Shown here: positions 42,001-54,980 of the stretch, one piece after another
Layout: each line of letters begins with the position of its first letter
Numbering within the stretch: the first letter of the stretch is position 1
Assembly (NCBI GenBank): GCA_964016885.1
Contig: OZ024747.1
Coordinates: forward strand, 22,506,001 to 22,570,000
Origin: Eledone cirrhosa
Taxonomy: Eukaryota
Length of the DNA stretch: 64,000 nt
Direction of reading: 5' to 3'
Position numbers and translations under genes: made by a program
The notes under the pieces: model-generated
Database searches by the model: none
Told to the model about the DNA's origin: nothing
Seen by the model: the letters and a program-made list of their open reading frames with translations, nothing else

Positions 42001-45000
42001 GTTATATGTATAGTTATATGTGTGTGTGTTATATGTATAGTTATATGTGTGTGTGTTATATGTATAGTTATATGTGTGTGTGTTATATGTATAGTTATAT
42101 GTGTGTGTGTTATATGTATAGTTATATGTGTGTGTGTTATATGTATAGTTATATGTGTGTGTGTTATATGTATAGTTATATGTATGTGTGTTATATGTAT
42201 AGTTATATGTGTGTGTGTTATATGTATAGTTATATGTGTGTGTGTTATATGTATAGTTATATGTGTGTGTGTTATATGTATAATTATATGTGTGTGTGTT
42301 ATATGTATAGTTATATGTGTGTGTATTATATGTATAGTTATATGTGTGTGTGTTATATGTATAGTTATATGTGTGTGTGTTATATGTATAGTTATATATA
42401 TGTGTGTTATATGTATAGTTATGTGTGTGTGTGTTATATGTATAGTTATATGTATGTGTGTTATATGTATAGTTATATATGTGTGTGTGTTATATGTATA
42501 GTTATATGTGTGTGTGTTATATGTATAGTTATATGTGTGTGTGTTATATGTATAGTTATATGTGTGTGTGTTATATGTATAGTTATATATATGTGTGTTA
42601 TATGTATCGTTATATGTGTGTGTGTGTTATATGTATAGTTATATGTATGTGTGTTATATGTATAGTTATATGTGTGTGTGTGTTATATGTATAGTTATAT
42701 GTGTGTGTGTTATATGTATAGTTATATGTGTGTGTGTTATATGTATAGTTATATGTGTGTGTGTTATATGTATAGTTATATGTGTGTGTGTTATATGTAT
42801 AGTTATATATATGTGTGTTATATGTATAGTTATATGTGTGTGTGTGTTATATGTATAGTTATATGTATGTGTGTGTGTGTTATATGTATAGTTATATGTA
42901 TGTGTGTTATATGTATAGTTATATGTGTGTGTGTGTTATATGTATAGTTATATGTATGTGTGTGTTATATGTATAGTTATATGTGTGTGTGTTATATGTA
43001 TAGTTATATGTGTGTGTGTTATATGTATAGTTATATGTGTGTGTGTTATATGTATAGTTATATGTGTGTGTTATATGTATAGTTATATGTGTGTGTGTTA
43101 TATGTATAGTTATATGTGTGTGTGTTATATGTATAGTTATATATGTGTGTTATATGTATAGTTATATGTGTGTGTGTTATATGTATAGTTATATGTGTGT
43201 GTGTTATATGTATAGTTATATGTGTGTGTGTTATATGTATAGTTATATGTGTGTGTGTTATACGTATAGTTATATGTGTGTGTGTTATATGTATAGTTAT
43301 ATATGTGTGTGTGTTATATGTATAGTTATATGTGTGTGTTATATGTATAGTTATATGTGTGTGTGTATATGTATAGTTATATGTGTGTGTGTTATATGTA
43401 TAGTTATATGTGTGTGTGTTATATGTATAGTTATATGTATGTGTGTTATATGTATAGTTATATGTGTGTGTGTTATATGTATAGTTATATGTATGTGTGT
43501 TATATGTATAGTTATATGTGTGTGTGTTATATGTATAGTTATATGTGTGTGTGTTATATGTATAGTTATATGTATGTGTGTTATATGTATAGTTATATGT
43601 GTGTGTGTTATATGTATAGTTATATGTATGTGTGTTATATGTATAGTTATATGTGTGTGTGTTATATGTATAGTTATATATGTGTGTGTGTATATGTATA
43701 GTTATATGTGTGTGTTATATGTATAGTTATATGTGTGTGTGTTATATGTATAATTATATGTGTGTGTGTTATATGTATAGTTATATGTGTGTGTGTTATA
43801 TGTATAGTTATATGTATGTGTGTTATATGTATAGTTATATGTGTGTGTGTTATATGTATAGTTATATGTATGTGTGTTATATGTATATTTATATGTATGT
43901 GTGTTATATGTATAGTTATATGTGTGTGTGTTTTATGTATAGTTATATGTGTGTGTGTTATATGTATAGTTATATGTGTGTGTGTTATATGTATAGTTAT
44001 ATGTATGTGTGTTATATGTATAGTTATATGTGTGTGTGTTATATGTATAGTTATATGTGTGTGTGTTATATGTATAGTTATATGTATGTGTGTTATATGT
44101 ATAGTTATATGTGTGTGTGTTATATGTATAGTTATATGTGTGTGTATATGTATAGTTATATGTGTGTGTGTTATATGTATAGTTATATGTGTGTGTGTTA
44201 TATGTATAGTTATATGTGTGTGTGTTATATGTATAGTTATATGTGTGTGTGTTATATGTATAGTTATATGTATGTGTGTTATATGTATAGTTATATGTGT
44301 GTGTGTTATATGTATAGTTATATGTGTGTGTGTTATATGTATAGTTATATGTGTGTGTGTTATATGTATAAGTTATATGTGTGTGTGTTATATGTATAGT
44401 TATATGTGTGTGTATTATATGTATAGTTATATGTGTGTGTGTTATATGTATAGTTATATGTGTGTGTGTTATATGTATAGTTATATATATGTGTGTTATA
44501 TGTATAGTTATGTGTGTGTGTGTTATATGTATAGTTATATGTATGTGTGTTATATGTATAGTTATATATGTGTGTGTGTTATATGTATAGTTATATGTGT
44601 GTGTGTTATATGTATAGTTATATGTGTGTGTGTTATATGTATAGTTATATGTGTGTGTGTTATATGTATAGTTATATATATGTGTGTTATATGTATCGTT
44701 ATATGTGTGTGTGTGTTATATGTATAGTTATATGTATGTGTGTTATATGTATAGTTATATGTGTGTGTGTTATATGTATAGTTATATGTATGTGTGTTAT
44801 ATGTATAGTTATATGTGTGTGTGTTATATGTATAGTTATATGTGTGTGTGTTATATGTATAGTTATATGTATGTGTGTTATATGTATAGTTATATGTGTG
44901 TGTGTTATATGTATAGTTATATGTATGTGTGTTATATGTATAGTTATATGTGTGTGTGTGTTATATGTATAGTTATATGTGTGTGTGTTATATGTATAGT

Positions 45001-46983
45001 TATATGTGTGTGTGTTATGTGTATAGTTATATGTGTGTGTGTTATATGTATAGTTATATGTGTGTGTGTTATATGTATAGTTATATATATGTGTTATATG
45101 TATAGTTATATGTGTGTGTGTGTTATATGTATAGTTATATGTATGTGTGTTATATGTATAGTTATATGTGTGTGTGTGTTATATGTATAGTTATATGTAT
45201 GTGTGTGTTATATGTATAGTTATATGTGTGTGTGTGTTATATGTATAGTTATATGTATGTGTGTGTTATATGTATAGTTATGTGTGTGTGTTATATGTAT
45301 AGTTATATGTGTGTTATATGTATAGTTATATGTGTGTGTGTTATATGTATAGTTATATGTGTGTGTGTTATATGTATAGTTATATGTGTGTTATATGTAT
45401 AGTTATATGTGTGTGTGTTATATGTATAGTTATATGTGTGTGTGTTATATGTATAGTTATATGTGTGTGTGTTATATGTATAGTTATATGTGTGTGTGTT
45501 ATATGTATAGTTATATGTGTGTGTGTTATATGTATAGTTATATATGTGTGTGTGTTATATGTATAGTTATATGTGTGTGTTATATGTATAGTTATATGTG
45601 TGTGTGGTATATGTATAGTTATATGTGTGTGTGTTATATGTATAGTTATATGTGTGTGTGTTATATGTATAGTTATATGTATGTGTGTTATATGTATAGT
45701 TATATGTGTGTGTGTTATATGTATAGTTATATGTATGTGTGTTATATGTATATTTATATGTATGTGTGTTATATGTATAGTTATATGTGTGTGTGTTATA
45801 TGTATAGTTATATGTGTATGTGTTATATGTATAGTTATATGTGTGTGTGTTATATGTATAGTTATATGTGTGTGTGTTATATGTATAGTTATATGTGTGT
45901 GTGTTATATGTATAGTTATATGTATGTGTGTTATATGTATAGTTATATGTGTGTGTGTTATATGTATAGTTATATGTGTGTGTGTTATATGTATAGTTAT
46001 ATGTGTGTTATATGTATAGTTATATGTGTGTGTGTTATATGTATAGTTATATGAGTGTGTGTTATATGTATAGTTATATGTGGGTGTGTTATATGTATAG
46101 TTATATGTGTGTGTGTTATATGTATAGTTATATATGTGTGTTATATGTATAGTTATATGTGTGTGTGTTATATGTATAGTTATATGTGTGTGTGTTATAT
46201 GTATAGTTATATGAGTGTGTGTTATATGTATAGTTATATGTGGGTGTGTTATATGTATAGTTATATGTGTGTGTGTTATATGTACAGTTATATGTATGTG
46301 TGTTATATGTATAGTTATATGTATGTGTGTTATATGTATAGTTATATGTGTGCGTTATATGTATAGTTATATGTGTGTGTGTTATATGTATAGTTATATG
46401 TGTGTGTGTTATATGTATAGTTATATGTGTGTGTGTTATATGTATAGTTATATGTGTGTGTGTTATATGTATAGTTATATGTGTGTGTGTTATATGTATA
46501 GTTATATGTGTGTGTGTTATATGTATAGTTATATGTGTGTGTGTTATATGTATAGTTATATGTGTGTGTGTTATATGTATAGTTATATGTGTGTGTGTGT
46601 TATATGTATAGTTATATGTATGTGTGTTATATGTATAGTTATATGTGTGTGTGTTATATGTATAGTTATATGTGTGTGTGTTATATGTATAGTTATATGT
46701 GTGTGTGTTATATGTATAGTTATATGTGTGTGTGTTATATGTATAGTTATATGTGTGTGTGTTATATGTATAGTTATATGTATGTGTGTTATATGTATAG
46801 TTATATGTATGTGTGTTATATGTATAGTTATATGTGTGTGTGTGTTATATGTATAGTTATATGTATGTGTGTTATATGTATAGTTATATGTGTGTGTGTG
46901 TTATATGTATAGTTATATGTATGTGTGTGTTATATGTATAGTTATATGTGTGTGTGTTATATGTATAGTTATATGTGTGTGTG

Positions 46984-47158
46984 TTGGCAGTATCGGTAGA
47001 GGGTCTGACGCCATGCTTTCCAGCATAGTTACGTCCCTTTATGATCTGAGTTCAAATCCCGCCGAGGTTGACTTTGCCTTTCATCCTTACGGGGTCGATA
47101 AAATAAAGTACCAGTAATGCACTGGGTAATTGCTGGCCTTATGCCTAAAGTAGAAACA
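46984..47158 (+). mobile_element. Meta/MESC-domain tRNA SINE embedded in the satellite (copy 2)
   Basis: A-box-like TGGCAGTATCGG and B-box-like GAGTTCAAATCC. Nearly identical to copy 1 and inserted at the same phase of the satellite unit. Confidence 0.9.
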
Positions 47159-50100
47159 GTTATATGTATAGTTATATGTATGTGTGTTATATGTATAGTT
47201 ATATGTGTGTGTGTGTTATATGTATAGTTATATGTGTGTGTGTTATATGTATAGTTATATGTATGTGTGTGTTATATGTATAGTTATATGTATGTGTGTT
47301 ATATGTATAGTTATATGTGTGTGTGTGTTATATGTATAGTTATATGTGTGTGTGTTATATGTATAGTTATATGTGTGTGTGTTATATGTATAGTTATATG
47401 TATGTGTGTTATATGTATAGTTATATGTATGTGTGTTATATGTATAGTTATATGTGTGTGTGTTATATGTATAGTTATATGTGTGTGTGTTATATGTATA
47501 GTTATATGTATGTGTGTTATATGTATAGTTATATGTGTGTGTGTGTTATATGTATAGTTATATGTGTGTGTGTTATATGTATAGTTATATGTGTGTGTGT
47601 TATATGTATAGTTATATGTATGTGTGTGTTATATGTATAGTTATATGTGTGTGTGTTATATGTATAGTTATATATGTGTGTGTGTTATATGTATAGTTAT
47701 ATGTGTGTGTTATATGTATAGTTATATGTGTGTGTGTTATATGTATAGTTATATGTGTGTGTGTTATATGTATAGTTATATGTGTGTGTGTTATATGTAT
47801 AGTTATATGTATGTGTGTTATATGTATAGTTATATGTGTGTGTGTTATATGTATAGTTATATGTGTGTGTGTTATATGTATAGTTATATGTATGTGTGTT
47901 ATATGTATAGTTATATGTGTGTGTGTTATATGTATAGTTATATGTGTGTGTGTTATATGTATAGTTATATGTATGTGTGTTATATGTATAGTTATATGTA
48001 TGTGTGTTATATGTATAGTTATATGTGTGTGTGTTATATGTATAGTTATATGTATGTGTGTGTTATATGTATAGTTATATGTGTGTGTGTTATATGTATA
48101 GTTATATGTGTGTGTGTTATATGTATAGTTATATGTATGTGTGTTATATGTATAGTTATATGTATGTGTGTTATATGTATAGTTATATGTGTGTGTATTA
48201 TATGTATAGTTATATGTGTGTGTGTTATATGTATAGTTATATGTATGTGTGTTATATGTATATTTATATGTGTGTGTGTTATATGTATAGTTATATGTCT
48301 GTGTGTTATATGTATAGTTATATGTGTGTGTGTGTTATATGTATAGTTATATGTATGTGTGTTATATGTATAGTTATATGTATGTGTGTTATATGTATAG
48401 TTATATGTATGTGTGTTATATGTATAGTTATATGTGTGTGTGTTATATGTATAGTTATATGTGTGTGTGTTATATGTATAGTTATATGTGTGTGTGTGTT
48501 ATATGTATAATTATATGTATGTGTGTTATATGTATAGTTATATGTCTGTGTGTTATATGTATAGTTATATGTGTGTGTGTTATATGTATAGTTATATGTG
48601 TGTGTGTTATATGTATAGTTATATGTGTGTGTGTTATATGTATAGTTATATGTATGTGTGTTATATGTATAGTTATATGTGTGCGTGTGTTATATGTATA
48701 GTTATATGTATGTGTGTTATATGTATAGTTATATGTGTGTGTGTGTTATATGTATAGTTATATGTGTGTGTGTTATATGTATAGTTATATGTGTGTGTGT
48801 GTTATATGTATAGTTATATGTGTGTGTGTTATATGTATAGTTATATGTATGTGTGTTATATGTATAGTTATATGTGTGTGTGTTATATGTATAGTTATAT
48901 GTGTGTGTGTGTTATATGTATAGTTATATGTGTGTGTGTTATATGTATAGTTATATGTGTGTGTGTTATATGTATAGTTATATGTGTGTGTGTTATATGT
49001 ATAGTTATATGTATGTGTGTTATATGTATAGTTATATGTGTGTGTGTTATATGTATAGTTATATGTGTGTGTGTTATATGTATAGTTATATATGTGTGTG
49101 TTATATGTATAGTTATATGTATGTGTGTTATATGTATAGTTATATGTGTGTGTGTTATATGTATAGTTATATGTATGTGTGTTATATGTATAGTTATATG
49201 TCTGTGTGTTATATGTATAGTTATATGTATGTGTGTTATATGTATAGTTATATGTGTGTGTGTTATATGTATAGTTATATGTGTGTGTGTTATATGTATA
49301 GTTATATGTGTGTGTGTTATATGTATAGTTATATGTGTGTGTGTTATATGTATAGTTATATGTCTGTGTGTTATATGTATAGTTATATGTGTGTGTGTGT
49401 TATATGTATAGTTATATGTGTGTGTGTTATATGTATAGTTATATGTATGTGTGTTATATGTATAGTTATATGTGTGTGTGTTATATGTATAGTTATATGT
49501 GTGTGTGTGTTATATGTATAGTTATATGTATGTGTGTTATATGTATAGTTATATGTCTGTGTGTTATATGTATAGTTATATGTGTGTGTTATATGTATAG
49601 TTATATGTATGTGTGTTATATGTATAGTTATATGTGTGTGTGTTATATGTATAGTTATATGTGTGTGTGTTATATGTATAGTTATATGTGTATTATATGT
49701 ATAGTTATATGTATGTGTGTTATATGTATAGTTATATGTCTGTGTGTTATATGTATAGTTATATATGTGTGTGTGTTATATATATAGTTATATGTGTGTG
49801 TGTTATATGTATAGTTATATGTGTGTTATATGTATAGTTATATGTGTGTGTGTTATATGTATAGTTATATGTGTGTTATATGTATAGTTATATGTGTGTG
49901 TGTTATATGTATAGTTATATGTGTGTTATATGTATAGTTATATGTGTGTGTGTTATATGTATAATTATATGTATGTGTGTTATATGTATGGTTATATGTG
50001 TGTGTGTTATATGTATAGTTATATGTGTGTTATATGTATAGTTATATGTATGTGTGTTATATGTATAGTTATATGTCTGTGTGTTATATGTATAGTTATA

Positions 50101-50585
50101 TGTGTGTGTTATATGTAGAGTTATATGTCTGTGTGTTATATGTATAGTTATATGTCTGTGTGTTATATGTATAGTTATATGTGTGTGTTATATGTATAGT
50201 TATATGTATGTGTGTATGTGTTCATATATGTATTTATATACATATAAATATATTGTTATATTTGGGGATTGTCATGTTGCCAGTATTTCCAATAAAAAGA
50301 AACAGGCACCATATGGTGTTCACTTAATCTTTATTGTTAGTTATTCATTCGTTTCTCAAAGTTCTTTCATCACACATTCTGTGACCTCCTCAATGATTAT
50401 CTGTTCTCTTTTGTGCCTCCTCGTCTTTCTAGTCGTAAACTTTTACTTTATGGTGTATGTGTTTTTTTTTTATTGTCAATACTAACAATATAACCATCCC
50501 CTAAATATACAAACATTGGTTTCAACACACGATTTCACATGAAGAATCTTGCAGAACAAATACATAAATATATATATATATATAT

Positions 50586-50926
50586 CATCATCATCAATCA
50601 TCATTTTACGTCCGCTTTTGCCTGCTTGCAAGGGTGGGACGGGAACTGATTCTGGCTTGATTTCTACAGCTGGATGCCCTTCCTAACACCAACCTCATTT
50701 ACAGTGAGTGCTGGGTGCTTTTTTGTCATGGCACCTCCACGACCACTTTGCAGTGGAATGATAGGGACCCCAGTCCCTATCATCCCATTTCTACAGCTGA
50801 GTAAACTGGAGCAACGTGAAATAAAGTGTCTTGCTCAAGGAAACAACACATCACCCGGTCTGAGAATTGAACTCACAACCTTTTGATTGCAAGGCCAATG
50901 CTCTAACCACTAAGCCATGTGCCTCC
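50586..50926 (-). mobile_element. tRNA-headed SINE with RTE-type tail
   Basis: Minus strand GGAGGCACATGGCTTAGTGGTTAGAGCATTGG...GAGTTCAATTCTC (tRNA A/B boxes), a TTGAGCAAGACACTTTATTTCAC body, and a TTAGGAAGGGCATCCAGCTGTAGAAA...(GAT)n tail. Inverted near-copy at 56917-57242. Confidence 0.85.
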
Positions 50927-50984
50927 ATATATATATATTGCAGAAGAATGTTGCTTATCTGTAACTCCTTGAGCTTCCATCCCC

Positions 50985-51606
50985 AATCCTCTCTAGTGTG
51001 TGATGTCATCACCCCTTCCTTCCTCAGTCATCTCTACTGTGTAATCTCATCACCCTTCCTTCCCCAATCATCTCTAGTGTGTGGTGTCATCACCCCTTCC
51101 TGCCTCAGTCATCCCTAGCGTGTGACGTCATCACCCCTTACATCCTCAGCCATCTCTAGTGTGATGTCATCAACCCTTCCTTCCTCAGTCATCCCTAGCG
51201 TGTGACGTCATCACCCCTTCCTTCCTCAGTCATCCCTAGTGTGTGACGTCATCACCCCTTCCTTCCTCAGTCATCCCTAGCGTGTGACGTCATCACCCCT
51301 TACATCCTCAGCCATCTCTAGTGTGATGTCATCAACCCTTCCTTCCTCAGTCATCTCTAGTGTGTTACGTCATCACCCCTTACATCCTCAGCCATCTCTA
51401 GTGTGATGTCATCACCCCTTCCTTCCTCAGTCATCTCTAGTGTGTTACGTCATCACCCCTTCCTTCCTCAGTCATCTCTAGTGTGTTACATCATCACCCC
51501 TTACATCCTCAGTCATCTCTAGTGTGATGTCATCAACCCTTCCTTCCTCAGTCACCTCTAGTGTGATGTCATCAACCCTTCCTTCCTCAGTCATCTCTAG
51601 TGTGTG
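50985..51606. repeat. ~40-bp minisatellite (CATCACCCCTTCCTTCCTCAGTCATCTCTAGTGTGTGACGT), about 15 units
   Basis: Direct inspection. Several units contain TGACGTCA. Confidence 0.95.
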
Positions 51607-52095
51607 ACAGAAGGACGGACTGACGGTCTACATCTTTTCCAGAGATATTACAGATGTGTGAAGAAATGTCTGTACTCAGGAGACCAACTCTGCCTCTCCA
51701 GAAACTTTATCCTCTTATACTTAATACTTCTATCTTTACTCATTTAATCCATGGTAGAATTTGTTCTCAGTATAGTGACCTAATGAAAACCTTGTACTAG
51801 TGTTATTACTAACAGCAGTGAACTGTACTTTTTCATGGTCACAGTTATACCGGGTGGTCTACAAAGTTGGATTAAGGCCAACTGATGCCCTAAGCACAAC
51901 ACAACAATGGAAACCCTTTGACTCCTATTATCTAACTGACAATATATTAAAACATAATAAGTGTTAAATATGAAATGTGTTGGACCTCCGTCATTTCTGA
52001 CGATGAGTAATCTATTTAATTCTATCAACAGAACTACCTGCTCATAAAATTAACATGTAAGCTGTGAGCTGGATTTTGCCAGCAGGCTGGAAGAA

Positions 52096-52396
52096 ATTAA
52101 CCTTTTAGCTGTATCCAGCCAGAATTCTCTCGCCTTCTTCTGTTCAAACTGGCTGTAACTGGCCACTCATTTAACCCTTTAGAATTTAAACCGGCCATAT
52201 CCAACCAGAATTCTCTCACCTCTTTCAGTTCAAACCAGCTGTAACCAGCCACTCATACTGATGTTAAGGTATTGTTCTCAAAATGAATAAAATCAAAATC
52301 TCATAGATTTGATATTAAGTGGGATATTATGTGATATAACCTTTACTGTGAAAATACTATAGTAAATATAGAGTAATGTAAGTGCTAAAGGGTTGA
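52096..52396. mobile_element. piggyBac-type MITE (52171-52396) preceded by a partial copy (52096-52170)
   Basis: TTAACCCTTTAGAATTTAAA...TAAGTGCTAAAGGGTTGA; the body matches 472-643. Confidence 0.8.
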
Positions 52397-52450
52397 ACTG
52401 TGAGCTGGATTTTGCCTACAGGCCATAGTTTACTTACCCTTAGTCTAAAC

Positions 52451-52695
52451 CAGTGATTTCCAATGTGGGGTGCACACTACACATGGGAGCAATTTGAATA
52501 TAATGGGGCGCAATTTGAAAGTGATACAATATGACCAAACTTCCAGTTACACTTCGTCTACACATGTTATTGTGTATTTGGCCGCACCTACAAGCAGTTT
52601 GTTTACACTTTGGTGTTGATTTTGATCATCGCTGCATACTAAACATTTTTTAGATGTTGAGGTGGGGCATGGAGTAAAAAGGTTGGGAACCACAG
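52451..52695. mobile_element. hAT (Charlie-type) MITE
   Basis: Ends CAGTGATTTCCAA and TTGGGAACCACAG, with an 8-bp TSD GTCTAAAC / GTCTAGAC. Confidence 0.8.
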
Positions 52696-53169
52696 GTCTA
52701 GACAAAGAGACTACCATAATCACGGCATTTGTTTTGATTTAATTTTACTTTTAAAATATAAACTAACTAAATATGCATCATTTGTTTAAGGTTTTGATTT
52801 TAAGTTCAAAATAACAAAAATGTATTTTTTTAAAGCTGTATCTTTGGTTTTTATTTCAAATATAAAATAAAATGTTGAATAAATTTTAAATAATTTGTCT
52901 TGTTTCTGATCATATTTTTTATGTGCTTATTCCTCCTAATTTTAGAACCTGGCTCACCCCTGCTCTGAGATGAATTTTACCAGAGGGTATAATGTTTCTT
53001 GTGAATGTTAGTCTTCAATGTAAGCAATTTTTTTTTCTGGGACCCCAGGTAATTCCCAGGCCCAGATGTGTTTTGGTTATAGACATGTGTACCCTCCTCA
53101 TTATGATGTTTAGAATTATTATCTTATATTAAGCATATTATCTACAAAGGGCTGACATTAAGTTAACAA

Positions 53170-53775
53170 TAGAGACAGGTATTAGACATAAACCCACATG
53201 TCAGCAATACTTGGATATTCGATTAGTGCATGCAGGGCAGTTTCGTTGGCCTGCACATATCTTAGACAGGCCCGGCTAACAGCAATCCCATGCCTGTAGA
53301 ATTTACCTTGAACTGGCAATGCTTCCAGGTAGCAATGCCAGGCCAGGGGTTTCTGGAACTTATCCATGTGCCCTGAACTGAAAGTCCTCCAAAAAAGATG
53401 GCTAATTGATTTTCGTCGATGCCCAGAGTCTCCCCAAGAAGATCATTGCTTTTACCTGCCACTAACCAGAAGCATAACTAAGGAAAATAGCACCTATAGC
53501 AAGCAGTGAAATTGCACCCCTGCCCAGCACTGTATTTTTACCTATGGGCCTAATAATTTATATAAATGGTTTAATGATCCAGCCACCACAATGTTCTCAC
53601 CCATGATAACCAGAGACAGCTCATATATCTGGAAGAGTTTCATTTTTCACTCTCCGACGAGGCTTATTTGACTCTAATAGAACGTGTTTCTAGTCCAAGT
53701 TGTGCCCCCCTTCATGCCCCATACCCTAGTTATGCCTCTGACACTAACCTTCTATAGAACGCCAAGATGAGTTTC
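53170..53775 (-). mobile_element. Degenerate Tx1/L1-clade LINE ORF2 C-terminal (zf-RVT-like) fragment, interrupted by a MITE
   Basis: LAFYRRLV|AGKSNDLLGETLGIDE..., frameshift, then LAWHCYLEALPVQGKFYRHGIAVSRACLRYVQANETALHALIEYPSIADMW. This is a decayed W...LP...CxxC...ETxxHxxxxCP...W zinc-binding motif. Confidence 0.7.
53467..53740. mobile_element. hAT-type MITE nested in the Tx1 fragment
   Basis: TIRs CAGAAGCATAACTA and TAGTTATGCCTCTG, with an 8-bp TSD CCACTAAC / ACACTAAC. The LINE reading frame resumes across it. Confidence 0.8.
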
Positions 53776-53859
53776 CACTGATCGAATAATAATTACTTGC
53801 ATAAGGCAACACAACACAAACTCGAGTTTACATGATGTAAAGGAAAGGGGACTGAAGTG

Positions 53860-54125
53860 AAAACAGTAGGAATAACAATAATTGTAATATTGTAATTACA
53901 ATATTGTAATAAATATAGAGAAAAATAGAGAAAAAAATTAAAGAAAAACAATAACAAATGTCAACAAGGACAAGTTCACCAATAATGGGGACTGTACCTT
54001 AGAGTAATCCCAGGAAGAAACCCCACACAAAGCCCCGGATTACTCTGTTACTTCATGGGCGTTTAAAGTGTCGTCTCCCGGTTTCCTTCCTCCTACATAG
54101 AACAGCATAGTCAGACACACCATCC
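53860..54125. repeat. Dispersed repeat, probably a LINE 3' UTR; diverged direct copy at 55083-55320
   Basis: Shared GAAAACA.TAGGAATAACAATAA...AACAATAACAAATGTCAAC...GTAAT.CCAGG...GATTACT...GGTTTC.TTCCTC blocks. Confidence 0.6.
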
Positions 54126-54165
54126 TCGCTGCTCTTACCCATCTAATTCTCAATAATAATTGTTT

Positions 54166-54375
54166 GGATTGGCAGTATCAGTAGAGCGTCTGACAACTTG
54201 CTTTATGGCATAGTGCTATTCCCCTTTACGATATGAGTTCAGATCCCACCGAAGTTACCTTTGCCTTTCATCCTTACGGGGTAAATAAAAATGAAGTACC
54301 AGTCATGCACTGGAGTCGATTAAATCGACTTTCCCCTCCCCCAAAATTGTTGGCATTGTGCCTAAATCAGAAACC
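54166..54375 (+). mobile_element. Meta/MESC-domain tRNA SINE (form retaining the GTCGAT hairpin)
   Basis: TGGCAGTATCAGTAGAGCG...GAGTTCAGATCCCACCGAAG...GCCTTTCATCCTTACGGGG...AGTCGATTAAATCGACT. Confidence 0.85.
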
Positions 54376-54384
54376 AATAATAAT

Positions 54385-54590
54385 TGTTTCTACATTTGGC
54401 ACAAAACCAGCAATTTAAAAGGAAGGGGTAAGTCGATTAAATCGACCCCAGTGCATCACAGGTATTTTATTTTATCGATCCTGTAAGGATGAAAGGCAAA
54501 GCTAACTGCGGCTGGATTTGAACGCAGAAGGAAAAGGGCCGTAACTATATGCTGCAAAGCATGTTGTCCGATGCTCTACCAAGTCTGTCA
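54385..54590 (-). mobile_element. Meta/MESC-domain tRNA SINE, tail-to-tail with the previous copy
   Basis: Reverse complement of the same family: GTCGATTAAATCGACCCCAGTG...TTTATCGATCCTGTAAGGATGAAAGGCAAAG...GGATTTGAAC. Confidence 0.85.
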
Positions 54591-54794
54591 ATAATTATGT
54601 CTTTTATTAACCACAAGGTCCCATGGCATTGGGTACCAAACAAGGACAAAAACACAGAGTGGGTTTTACATCGAATAAAGGAAAGAGGCATTATCTAAGA
54701 CAGACCTGTCAACCTCTAAAAACCCAAACAGGGAGTACCATGAATAAAAGGCACCCAAAACGGGGAGAAATGAGGCAAAATGGGGAGATTTTAT

Positions 54795-54980
54795 ATAATT
54801 GTTTCTACTTTAGGCACAAGGCCAGCAATTACTCAGTGCATTACTGGTACTTTATTTTATCGACCCCGTAAGGATGAAAGGCAAAGTCAACCTCGGCGGG
54901 ATTTGAACTCAGACCGTAAAGAGACGTAATTATGCTGGAAAGCATGGCGTCCGACCCTCTACTGATACTGCCAATCCACC
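54795..54980 (-). mobile_element. Meta/MESC-domain tRNA SINE, deleted variant closely matching the satellite-embedded copies
   Basis: Reverse complement aligns end to end with 46984-47158, including the CACTG(G/A)GTAATTGCTGGCC deletion junction. Confidence 0.9.

Larger units (their letters stand above)
31252..50215 (+). repeat. 27-bp satellite, forward block after the gap
   Basis: Same unit, interrupted only by SINEs at 35885 and 46984; decays into ordinary sequence at about 50215. Confidence 0.98.

Noticed and set aside
9187-50215. Hundreds of MCVCYMYSY / CVICIVICV ORFs
   Set aside because: They are translations of the 27-bp satellite; frames switch at every (GT)n length change and there are no splice or codon signals.
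50870-50926. tRNA gene
   Set aside because: A/B boxes are present but continue directly into a SINE body with no complete cloverleaf. The same applies to the other SINE heads.
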